Source of the DNA: Phyllobates terribilis
Lineage: Eukaryota
DNA: 64,000 bases
Direction: 5' to 3'
Assembly (NCBI RefSeq): GCF_046119375.1
Contig: NW_027362761.1
Span: forward strand, 467,976,001-468,040,000
Part shown: positions 11,261-22,489 of the stretch, piece by piece
Position numbering within the stretch: position 1 is the first letter of the stretch
How the letters are laid out: every line of letters begins with the position of its first letter
The notes under the pieces: generated by a model
Told to the model about the DNA's origin: nothing
Database searches by the model: none
The model's input: only the letters and a program-made list of their open reading frames with translations
Program-made: the position numbers and the translations under genes

Positions 11261-12040
11261 TTTAGTTACTTAACTTTTCATTTTATTAATAGCTTATTTT
11301 TATCAATTGCAATTCTATTTTCTTCTGCGTAAAACTTTTGTATATATCTATATGCAACTTTATGTTGCACTAGGTGATTAGAAACAGTAATCATCTCACT
11401 GCTTACATAATGTTTTAATATACTATGCATATTATCTCAAAGCATGAAAAACAGACATGCAAACTGTAAGTCTACACTTCAGGATGGGTCCAATATGTAG
11501 ATGCCTCTGACAGACCTGGGGGATTTAGTAAAGTACCCAAATGCCATAGTAAATTATCAGATCTCTGGGGAAGCTTGCAGAGTGCTGACAGACATGTTGA
11601 GCCCTCTCCTTTTTTCAAACTCCTTTGGTGCCATGATTGCTATTGACCATGGCATCTAAAGGGTTTACCAGACTGATCCAGAAAATCCACTTCCATCACT
11701 TCCAGCTGCTGTATCTATACATGTACCTGATGCAGGGATTGAGATGTGTGAGAAAGGGGAAGCCATGCCTGACAGATTTTATTTTCTGCCAACTATATCA
11801 GTATATCTGAGAATATCTGAAGTGTGGTTTTACATCAACTTTTCCACAATTTCATTATAGAAACGTACTTGTTGCCATTGCAAACAGATCACTGTTGTGA
11901 AACTGCAAATGCTGCTCTATTGATGCATATAACAGAAGATAATCAACTGTCATATGCATCAATATAGTGGCATTTGCAATTTTACATCACTGAACTCAGC
12001 AGCAGGGAACAAACAGAGTTCAACTAATCTCAGTACCTGT

Positions 12041-12383
12041 CAGGGGCGTCGCTAGCATCAAACATCCTGGGCTCCGGCCCCGAAATTTTTATCAGAGCCC
12101 CGGATCTAATGCCAGACTGCAGTGGGGGCGACAGCAAGTCAGGAGAAAGTTACTCTGTGTGCTGACTGCTGCCGCCCCACGGCCGTGATCCCTGCCTGTG
12201 ATTACTTCGCTGTGGGGGAGGGAGGAGTCTGGCTGCCTGCAGACAGGACATGTGCGGTACAGTGCACCCTCCTTCCTCAGTGAGCAGAGCGGGGAGGGGC
12301 TAAAGTCACAGGATGGAGCAGAGTGAGCACTGCAGGATGACAGGAAATTGTGATCTCCCAGCATGGCAGGTCTCGTATAGGAG
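12041..12383. mobile_element. Possible end of a non-autonomous DNA transposon
   Basis: Starts CAGGGGCGTCGCTAG, a terminus style common in hAT/Harbinger MITEs, followed by GC-rich sequence. No partner TIR found. Confidence 0.3.
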
Positions 12384-12622
12384 GTGAGAGAGTGTGTGTA
12401 TATAATTGTGTGTGTATATATGAGTGTGTGTGTGTACTGTATATCAGTGTGTGTATATATCATTGTGTGTGTACATATGAGTGTGTGTGTATATCATTGT
12501 TTGTGTACATATGAGTGTGTGTGTATATCATTGTGTGTGTATACGAGTGTGTGTGCGTGTGTATATCATTGTGTATGTATATGAGTGTGTGTATCACTGT
12601 GTGTATATATGAGTGTGTGTAT
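12384..12622. repeat. TG-rich ~30-bp minisatellite, continuing at 16910-16968
   Basis: Repeated GTGTATATCATTGTGTGTGTACATATGAGTGT-like units on both sides of the Gmr1-type insertion. Confidence 0.8.
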
Positions 12623-13145
12623 TGTGACAAAGTCACTGGTAAAGTGCTGGAGGGTAGATATGTTTCCCTGATGCTGTTGGCATCAGTGAACTAAAACCAT
12701 TAAGTTTCCTTTAGCATGTTATTTGTTGAGAGGGGTTAACTGTATAGTAAAAGGGAGTAGTTTTTGTGAATGACTATTGTGAAGGGTGGGAGGTCATTCA
12801 CCATATCTCCCCACCTCAGGGTGTGGTTTGGGGGAGTTTAAATACTTGGCCAGCTGAGGCATTTGGAGTTCAATGTCCAGAGAAGTAATCTCCAGAAGGG
12901 AGCTAGTGTTTGTTCCTGAACCCTGGGAAGTTGCTGAACTCCCACAGGCGAAGCCATGCTACTACAAGGATTGCGTTCTTTGTGTTACCATTTTTGGTTT
13001 TGTTTTCCTGTTTATCCTAGTGGGCTGTGTTTATTTTCACTGACTAAAGGTTGTATTATGCTGTTATAATAAACCAACCAAATATTTAAAGAGACGGTGT
13101 ACCTGTGTCTACCTCCGTGTGCAGCCGAGTGAGCGATCTACCACA
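12623..13145 (+). repeat. 5' LTR of the Gmr1-like element
   Basis: Direct repeat of 16387-16909 with multiple substitutions and small indels. Confidence 0.92.
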
Positions 13146-13195
13146 GGTGGCGGTAGAAGTGCGGGCAAGATCTCCAGGAGCCACATGTTGCAGCA

Positions 13196-16100
13196 GAGGA
13201 CAAACCGCATGTCTTGGGTAAAGACAGCCATAAGCCAGGAAACGAAGACAGATGGTATGGTGGACCTGATCAAGCACCTGGTGCTAGCCCAGCAGGAGAC
13301 AAGCAAGCTACTGCTGCAGCAGATCCACTAACAGTATCAGCACCAACAGAACCAGCTCAGACAACAGCAGCAGCAGATGGAATTGCTTGCAGAGGCAGTT
13401 TGTGGGATGCCGTCAGCCCCTCCCCCAACTCCAGGTGAAGACACGAGCATCTGGAAAGCGGTAAGGCGAGCCATGCAAAAAATGACCTGGGTAATCATGT
13501 GGAAGCTTTCTTGACTGTGTTTGAGAGGTTGGCAGAGCAGGAGAAGCTTCTGCCGGAGCAGTGGTCGGAGGTGCTGGTCCTCTATCTGACTGGTGAGCCC
13601 CAAAAGGCTTATTATGATCTAGCCTTACAGGATGCCCAGGAATATTTAAAGTTAAAGACTGAGATAGTGTCACGCGCTGGAGTGACTATGTCAGTCAGAG
13701 TCCAAAGGGTTTACCACTGGGCGTATTATGGTGATAAACCACCTCCCTCGCAAATGTTCGACCTCCACTCAAGTGGAGTTGTTGGAGTGGGTTGTCATGG
13801 ACCGGTTTCTTCACTCCCTCCCTAGGCCTGTGTAGACCAAGGTAGCACAGAGAATCCCACGGAATGCGGATGACCTGGTCGGCCTCGTCGAAAGGTACTA
13901 GGCGGTACAGAGATCCCTAAGGAAGCCGGGAGGTGCTGCATCCCCTTACTGGGGAACCCAGAGGGAGCCCGAGTCCCAAAAGAGGGGTATTAGAGCTACC
14001 ACTGGAGGGAGTCTGAGGTCCCAAGGGGTCGCTAAGGGTTTACCAAAAGCCACTGTGAGAGACTTGATCTGCTGGAGGTGTCACGGTCCTGAACACATAG
14101 CCGCCCACTGTCCTTTGTCCTCCGAGCAGATGAACTGCAGCATAGGAAGACGCCGTTCTTACTATGCCTACCCTGCCTGCAGTGTAGACTATCAACCCTC
14201 TGAGGTGCCACAATCATGTCCCATGACCATAAATGGAGTGTTAGTGTCAGGACTTCTGTACTGAAAGTTTGGTGACCCTGGTAAAGGCCACACTTCCCCA
14301 CCAGTTGATCCCAGGGAAGTATGTGGGCGTCCGCTGTATCCACAGGGATGCCAAGGACTACCCCGTCGCCCGAGTGATACTAAAAACTGACTGTGGGGCA
14401 GAGTCTCATGAGGTCAGGGTGGTTGAGGGCTTGCTACACCCGGTAATAATAGTGCGGGACTTTAGCCTATTCTGGAACTTATGGCGGAATGGGGGCGTAC
14501 CATGTGACATAGATAAGAGACAGTTCCGTCATGTTGAATCCTCAGCACAGTTGGCTGTGATAAATGGAGTTGCCCAAGACCTGGGGGCTGATACCAGGTT
14601 TCCTTATTTTTCAGTGAATGAGGATTTGCTAAATCGGATCACTAAACAGAGAGGGGAAGTGTTAGAACAGTTGTTGGTACCTGGTCCCTATAGGCGTAGG
14701 GTACTAGACCTGGCCCATTCTCATGTCTTGGGTGGACATCTGGGCGTAGACAAGACCCAGTAGCGGGTCCTTCAAAGATATTACTGGCCTGGGTGTCACC
14801 AGGAGGTAGTCAACTATTGTCAGTCCTATCCTATGTGTCAGTTAACTGCTCCCGTGTCCCACATCCCTAGTCCCCTGGTCCCATTACCCTTTATAGAGGT
14901 CCCTTTTGATCGAGTTGCTATGGACCTTGTAGGGCCCCTAATTAAGTCCGCCAGGGGACACCAATACCTCCTGGTAGTGCTGGACTACGCAACACGGTAC
15001 CCGGAGGCGGAACCACTGAGAAACTCCTCTGCCCGGAGTATAGCGCGAGAACTGATCCATATTTTCTCCTAGACGGGCCAGCCAAAGGAGATCCTGACTG
15101 ACCAGGAAACTCTGTTCATGTCAAAGGTAATGAGGGAGTTGTGTAAGGCTCTCCAGATTACACAACTCAGGACGACAGTGTACCATCTGCAGTCGGATGG
15201 TCTGGTGGAAAGGTTCAATAAGATCCTAAAGCCCCATGCATAAAAAGGTCGTGGAGAAGGATGGCCGAGACGGGGATTGCCGACTCCCTTACCTGCTTTC
15301 TCCATTAGAAAAGTCCCACAGGCCTCTACGGGGTTCTCTCCCTTCAAGTTACTATATGGATGTCACCCTAGGGGGCTTTTGGACTTTGTGAAAGAGATCT
15401 GGGAAGCCGAGGAAACACCCCACCGGAGTGTCATCGAGCATGTGGCCCAAATGCAAGATCGGATCGCGAGGGTGATTCCAATTGTAAGGGAAAGCCTTTT
15501 ACAAGCATTAGTGGCCCAGGCAAGGGTCAATAATCGATCGGAGAGACTGAGACAGTTCAGCTGTGTAGACCAGGTGTTGGTGTTGATCCCAACTGTGGAG
15601 AATAAATACCAGGCCAATTGGCAAGGGCCATATGAGGGGGTGGATAAGTTGAGTGACGTCAGCTACAAGGTCCACCATCCAGGAAGAATGAAATCATATC
15701 AGGTTTATCATGTTAACCTGCTCAAACCTTGGCGAGACGGAGCCGGTGGAAGCTACATGCCTGGGGGCCCAACCTGAAGCCCGAGTCGAAGATTTCACAG
15801 TGGTGGAGACACTGTCACAGGCCAAGAAGCAACAGTGCCGAGAGCAGCTTCACTGGAACTGAGACCTGTTTTCAGAGCCGCCAGGTTGTGCGCAGGTGGA
15901 TGAACATGAAATCCTGACAGAGCCGCATGTGAGGGTGAATCAAAGACCGTATCGGATTTCTGAAGCCCACCTGTGTAAGCAGCTGATGCCTCTGAGGTTG
16001 GTTTGGGAGCTGTGCTGTCCCAGGAAATAGATGAGGACGAACATCCAGTCCTATTCCTGAGTAGGAAACTCTCCTCCTGTGAAAAGAACTATACCATCGT

Positions 16101-16458
16101 ACAGAAGGAGTGCCTGGCCATCAAATGGGCCATTGAGACCCTAAGATACTATCTGTTAGGCCGAAAATTCAGGCTAATGTCAGACCATGCACCCCTGAGA
16201 TGGATGAGTGAAAGGAAGGGGAACAATGCCTGGTTAACCAGGTGGTTTCTAGTGCTCCAAGATATTAATTTTCATGCAGAGCACAGGCCCAGGAAACTAC
16301 ATGGAAATGCAGATGCCCTGTCTAGACTTCCCTGTTTAGCGAGTGAAGGTGCCAAAACCCCCGGTTTTGGGCAGTGGAGGGGGATATGTGACAAAGTCAC
16401 TGGTAAAGTGATGGAGGGTAGATATGTTTCCCTGAGGCTGTTGGCGTCAATGAACTAA
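13196..16458 (+). pseudogene. Fragmented gag-pol of the Gmr1-like element
   Basis: EAFLTVFERLA...W...LTGEPQKAY (CA/SCAN-like); CWRCHGPEHIAAHC knuckle; HSHVLGGHLG and MDLVGP...VLDYATRYPEA integrase; DASEVGLGAVLSQ...KECLAIKW...SDHAPL RNase H. Many stops and frameshifts. Confidence 0.88.
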
Positions 16459-16909
16459 AACCATTAAGTTTCCTCCAGCATGTTATTTGTTGAGAGGGGT
16501 TAACTCTAAGCTATAGTAACAGGGAGTGGTTTATGTGAATGACTATTGTGAAGGGTGGGAGGTCATTCACCATATCTCCCCGCCTCAGGATGTGGTCTGG
16601 GGGAGTTTAAATAGTCGTCCAGCTGAGGCATTCAGAGTTCAATGTCTGGAGCAGTTAGCTCCAGAAGGGAGCTAGTGTTTGTTCCTGAACCCTGGGAAGT
16701 TGCTGAACTCCCACAGGCGAAGCCCTGCTACTACACTACTTTCTTTGTGTTACCATGTTTGCTTTGTATTCCTGTTTTTCCCAGCAGGCTGTGTTTATTT
16801 TCACTGACTAAAGGTTGTATTATGCTGTTATAATAAACCAACCAAAGATTTAAAGAGACAGTGTACCTGTGTCTACCTCCGTGTGCAGCTGAGTGAGCGA
16901 TCTACCACA
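16387..16909 (+). repeat. 3' LTR of the Gmr1-like element
   Basis: Direct repeat of 12623-13145, preceded by the purine tract GTGGAGGGGGATA. Confidence 0.92.
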
Positions 16910-19900
16910 GTATGTATATAAGTGTGTATATATCATTGTGTATGTATATGAGTGTGTGTATCACTGTGCCATATGCAAGGGAGAGTAGGGCGAGGCACGC
17001 GTGTGGCGATTACTGAAGAGGCAATACAGGGAAGCTAGTTGAGACAGAGTGACGCCAGATCAGACTACGAGGTCTCCAGTTCCCCCTTTCCCTAGTGTCT
17101 GGGCTCCCTTTCCATTTTCCATCTGTGTTGTACTAAGTCTTTCCCACACCTGGTGTGACAGCACCACTTTCATCTCTACTGCAACTCCTGTGCTGTTGAA
17201 CAACCACCATACCTATGAGAGTGCCAAAAAAACCTCTACATCTCCTTTCCTGTCCTCCATGAACATCTTTCCGTGGAAAACAAGTCTGTCTATTGTGTCT
17301 CTTCTTATTGTATTACAAGTGAGTTTCAGTCTAAGTAAAAAACTTAGATTTTATGATATCACATCTGTATTGAATATAGTGAACTACTGTGACATCACAA
17401 GTTGGTTTCAGACAGAAAATCTATTGTGACATCACAAGTGGTTTTTGGATAGCTAAGCGACAGACAGGACAAATAAGAGTATTTCATCCAGATAAGAGTG
17501 TTTCAGTCATAATGGGTTGCCCATTCATCTAAATTTCTCAACTTAAAATAATATTATCATGTAGTAAAATGCATTTTTTTAAGTCTTATACGATATATGC
17601 ATTATGAATCATTTTCATGCCCATAAGCAGGTGAAATTACCTAAAGCTTTGGGTCCAGTATCTAAAGCCATGAGTCCATTGAAAAGTGCCTGATTATTTG
17701 CATAGTTCCATTTGTGCCAAAGCCTTCAATGGCCTAATAAATGTGTCAAATGTCATTACCAGTGCTTCAATTTCAAATTACCCCTAGTGAGCCTGCCACG
17801 GAGATTCCTTTCTAGAGAGATGCCACTGCAGCTGTGGAGCCCAAACACTGCAGCCAAAGAGGCATCCTAGAGTAGCTATCTGTTATGCATTGCCTGGTGA
17901 AGTGGATCCTCGAAGACCATGGTGCAGATGAGCAATTGTAATGAAGCACTGACAGATGACATGATTGCAGCATGACAATCTAGTTGGAACAAAGGAGGCT
18001 ATAGAGAATAGCTGGAAGCTGAAGGAGTTTTATATAAATTCACTGCAAATGTGGAGTTTCAGTAGGGAAACTGATAAGGAAGAATCAAAATAATAGCATA
18101 GCAGAGTAGACTTTCCAGCAATGTAGATGAGCTGAGTTGGACGGGTGACTCATTCTGACCATATAGCTGGTTTGAGTATGTCAACAGATTAACTCAGATT
18201 ATGTTGCAGATCCTAGTGATGCAGCAAAGTTGAGAAGGTCTGGAGACTGACTGTGGAGATAAAACAGAGCCTAGCAGTGCAGCAGAGTTGAGTGATGTAG
18301 CCAAGCTGGGTTAGAAACTAAGGTAATATGTAATGTACCAGTGGTATAAGTGACATGGACTCCAGCTACATAAAAACTCTATGCAGTGTCCAGCCACTTG
18401 AGCTAGCCTACAAGGTAAGGATGCATGACGTCGAGCATTTTTCAGGCGGCTCCCCCAGCAGTCTGCAGAGGGCCTAAAAATTGCCCAAATCGATGGGAAC
18501 AGTGCTCAAATGACATGGGAACAGCATGGGGAAGACCCCTGGAAGCATTTCTGACTCCCAGGTCACTTCTGTCAACAACGTTGTCAGAGGTATTACGCCA
18601 CTTTTACGGACAATAAAACACAATAAAATATACAAAATCTAAACCAGAATGGATTTTCCTGGGAAATATGTTAAGGAACATCCTTTCCAGGGTAATGACT
18701 TGAATATAAAGCAAAATAAATAACCTAAAACAAAAATACTCCTCCACACCTTGGGCTATGTTCACACTTAGCGTTTTTGCACTTTTGCATTGCTTTCAAC
18801 CGTAAAAAATGCATTCACCGGGAAATGTCATTGTAACATTATACAACCTTATCTAGCCATGTGGTGTGAGATATCATCAGACACATCGTGTTTCATTTAT
18901 GAAGGAGGGACTCTGAAAGTCACAAAGGCTATTTTTATAGGGCCTTTACTATTCTTAATGGGCAAGCAGTCGGCCCTCACTATAATTAGAGAGCCATCAG
19001 CCGGCTATGATTTATTGTTCCCATTACTAAAGAATGTGTCTCCTATACTGCTATTGCGTATGCAGTGAGTGGAAGGGCTGCCTAAAATTTGGACCCACCC
19101 CAATACCACTTTGAAAATTTGGACGCACCCCAATACCCCTTTGAAGAGACTTAGAGGAGAGCCTCCTGAAAACAATGTTCCCATTATTAGGAAGTAGGTC
19201 TCCCATTGTGTTTGCCTATGCAGTAAATGCAAGGGTTGCCAAAAATTTGGAGGTGCTCCAATGCCCCTTGGAAGAGTCGTGGAGGAGGGCGTCATAAAAA
19301 ATGCTTCCATTAGAAAGGAACGGGTCTCCTATACTTGTAATGCCCATGCACTAAGTGTATGGGCTGACAAATATTTACCCCTGAGGGGTATACATGAACA
19401 TACTGTATATATTTTTTTTTACGGGCATCATAAACACAGTTGAAAAAAATGATGTGGGTGTTGCATCACGGACCACGGTCACCCTGGTGATATGGTGGTG
19501 GAGGATAAGGATGAGGAGAAGGACAAGAGCAAATAGACAAAATCAGGAAGCATATACCCATGTGTGGGTGTGAAGAGGTGCATGGGAATACACCTCCCAA
19601 AAAAAGACACTGGAATTGAGTTGTTGAGTGTTGTTGTTGTTGGTGTTGAGAAGTCTGGCCCAATCCAGCCCTTGTTCATTTTTATAAGAGTCAGCCTGTC
19701 ACCATTTTCAGTTGAAAGGTGGATGCGCTTTTCAGTTATAATTCCACCATCAGTACTAAAAACACGCTCTGGTAAAACGCTGGTGGCAGGGAAGGCCAGG
19801 ACCTCCAAGGCGTAGAGAGCCAGTATATTCCACGTATCCAGCTTGGATACCAAATAATTATAAGGCACAGAGGAATCACGGAGGACATTGGTACCGTCGG

Positions 19901-20741
19901 CAAGGTACTCCCTCAGCATCTTCCCAAACTTTGCACTCCTTGTGATAGTACCCCGCACCTCAGGGCCTGTGTGATGGGAGGGGCTGAGAAAATTCTCCAA
20001 GAACTTTGACACTGTTCCCCTGCCTCTGCTCGATTGAAGTTGTGTCTCTCTCCTGTACTACTTGGTTGTCCAATGAATTGTGACCTTTGCCGCCAGCGTT
20101 TTCAGGTGGGAATTTTTTTAATAGTTCCGCAAAAAGGGCCTTCTGGTACTGCCCCATTTTTGTAGACCTGTCCGCCTCAGGAATAAGAGATATAAAGTTC
20201 TACTTGTAGCATCGGTCTAGAAGTGTCACCAACCTGTAATGACAGTCACCCAAAATTTTGAGAACGCGAGGGTCATGGGAAAGGAAGCGTAACATACACT
20301 CAGCCAAGCATGCCAGACTGTTAACAGGCAAGACTTCGGTGCCCTCACAATGAGGATGACTGACCATGCTCTCCTACTCCTCCACTCTGTCCTCTGGCCA
20401 TCCACGCACAACAGATGGTAAGACAGTTATGCAGGTAGTACCATCTATAGCGCATGAAACAAGCTCCTGTTCTTCCTCCTCCTCTTCGTCATTGTCACCC
20501 AATCCACGTTGGGATGAGATGAGGCTGGGCTGTGTGTAATCACCCTGCATGGTTCCTTGCTCCATCTCATCACGCTTCACCTGCAATGCATCCTATTTGA
20601 TTGTGAGCAGAGAGCATTTCAGAAGAAAGAGAAGCGGGATGGTGATGCTAATTATGTTGTCATCGCCGCTCACCATCTTGGTGGAGTCCTCAAAGTATTG
20701 GAGGATGGTTTATATGTCTGACATCCATGTCCACTCCTGAG

Positions 20742-22489
20742 TAGTGCTGAGCCACCCCCGTAGTGTTCGGGTCCGTTCGTCGAATACCGGGATGTTCGTG
20801 GAACTGTTCGTCAAACACCTTAGTACACTGTCGAACCCCGTCGAACACCGTTAAAAACAGTGGCAGGCAAACAAAAACACATAAAAAACACATTCAAATG
20901 TGTCCAAAAGCTGACAAACTGCTCAGAAGACACTCTCTTTAAAAAAGCCAGCCGGCAATTCAGCATCGGTACCCGACAATTTAGAACAGAAAGAATAGAG
21001 CATCACACGTAGATTAGATAGATAGAAACATGTCAGTCACATATATAATAAGTACAGTGATAGTGTTGATTAGTGTACTTGTCATTTAGTGTTAAAATAA
21101 AGGATTTATTAAAAAAAAATTGGCGTGGGGTTCCCCGTAATTTTAGTCTCTAGCGGAGGTTAAGCAGACGGCTGGGGCAGATGTTTGAAGCCTGGGAAGG
21201 GGATAATACCCACGGAGCTTCCCAGGCTACTAATATCAGCCCCCAGCTGAATACCTAGCATTTACTAGCTATTAAAATGGGGGACCCAAAAAAAATGACA
21301 TGGGGTCCCCCCTATTTTAATAGCTAGCAAAGGCTTGGCAGACAGCTGGGGGCTGATATTAATAGCCCAGGAAGGGTGCCATGAATATTGGCCCCCTCCC
21401 AGGCTAGAAACACCAGCCCTCAGCCGCCCATAAATGGCGCATCCATAGACATCATTCCCAGCCCTATTACCCCACTGCCACCGCTACAGGGCAGTGGGAA
21501 GAGCGAGAATGTGCCAGAATTGGCGCATCAGACGGCTGGTGTTTCTAGCCTGGAGGGGGCCAGTGTTCATGGCACCATTCCTGGGCTATTAATATCAGCC
21601 CCCAGCTGGCTGCCTAGCCTTTGCTAGCTATTAAAATAGGGGGGACCCCACGTCATTTTTTTTTTGAGTCCCCCATTTTAATAGCTAGTAAAGGCTAGGT
21701 ATTCAGCTGGGGGCTGATATTAGCAGCCTGGGAAGCTCCGTGGGTATTACCCCCTTCCCAGGCTTCAAACATCTGCCCCAGCCATCTGCTTAACCTCCGC
21801 TAGCGACTAAAATTACGGGGAACCCCACGCCAATTTTTTTTTTTAATAAATCCTTTATTTTAACACTAAATGACAAGTACAGTAATCAACACTATCACGG
21901 TACTTATTACATATGTGACTGACATGTTTCTATCTAATCTATGTGTGATGCTCTATTCTTTCTGTTCTAAATTGTCAGGTACCGATGCTGAATTGCCGGC
22001 CGGCTTTTTTAAAGAGACGGTGCATGAAAACACTATTATTTTTTTTAATAAATCCTTTAACACTTAATGACAAGTAAAGTAACCAACACTGTCACTGTAC
22101 TTCTTATATATGTGACTGACAAGTTTCTATCTATCTAATCTATGTGTGATATTCTATTCTTTCTGTTGTAAATTGTCAGGTACCGGTGTATGCCGCTGCT
22201 GAATTGCCGGCTTTTCATGTTTCACAATGAGCACTGTTCCCATCGATTTGAGCAACCACTGTAATGCCACAACCACCATGGCTGTGGCATTACAATGAGT
22301 GGCAGACAATCCCTGCATGATGTGAAAAAATCCAGTTACGCTTTTGGTGCACGAACAGTTATCGAACATAACCTCGAACAGCCAAATTTTTTGCAAATCG
22401 TTCGCGTTCGTCGAACGACTCGAATACAGCCCAAAATAGCTCGAATTTGAGATTGGCGAACAGTTCTAGGCAAACACCGCTCATCTCTA
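20742..22489 (-). mobile_element. Non-autonomous hAT element (1748 bp) with family-1 ends
   Basis: TIRs TAGTGCTGAGC and TAGAGATGAGC; exact 8-bp TSD CTCCTGAG (20734-20741 and 22490-22497); terminal ~150-200 bp homologous to 44243-44440 and 56260-56402. Confidence 0.93.
20934..22017. repeat. ~1.08-kb imperfect palindrome (arms ~485 bp, loop ~115 bp)
   Basis: 20934-21418 is the reverse complement of 21534-22017, e.g. TTGGCGTGGGGTTCCCCGTAATTTTAG vs CTAAAATTACGGGGAACCCCACGCCAA. Confidence 0.92.

Larger units (their letters stand above)
12623..16909 (+). mobile_element. Gmr1-like Ty3/Gypsy LTR retrotransposon, defective (RT deleted)
   Basis: LTRs at 12623-13145 and 16387-16909 (TGTGACAA...CCACA), 4-bp TSD GTAT, degenerate tRNA-Ala-like PBS (13148-13167), PPT at 16372-16386, domain order Gag/SCAN-PR-IN-(RT lost)-RNase H. 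Confidence 0.92.

Noticed and set aside
17751-18355. Solo LTR (TGTCA...TGACA)
   Set aside because: The termini are suggestive, but there is no TSD and no second copy in the window.
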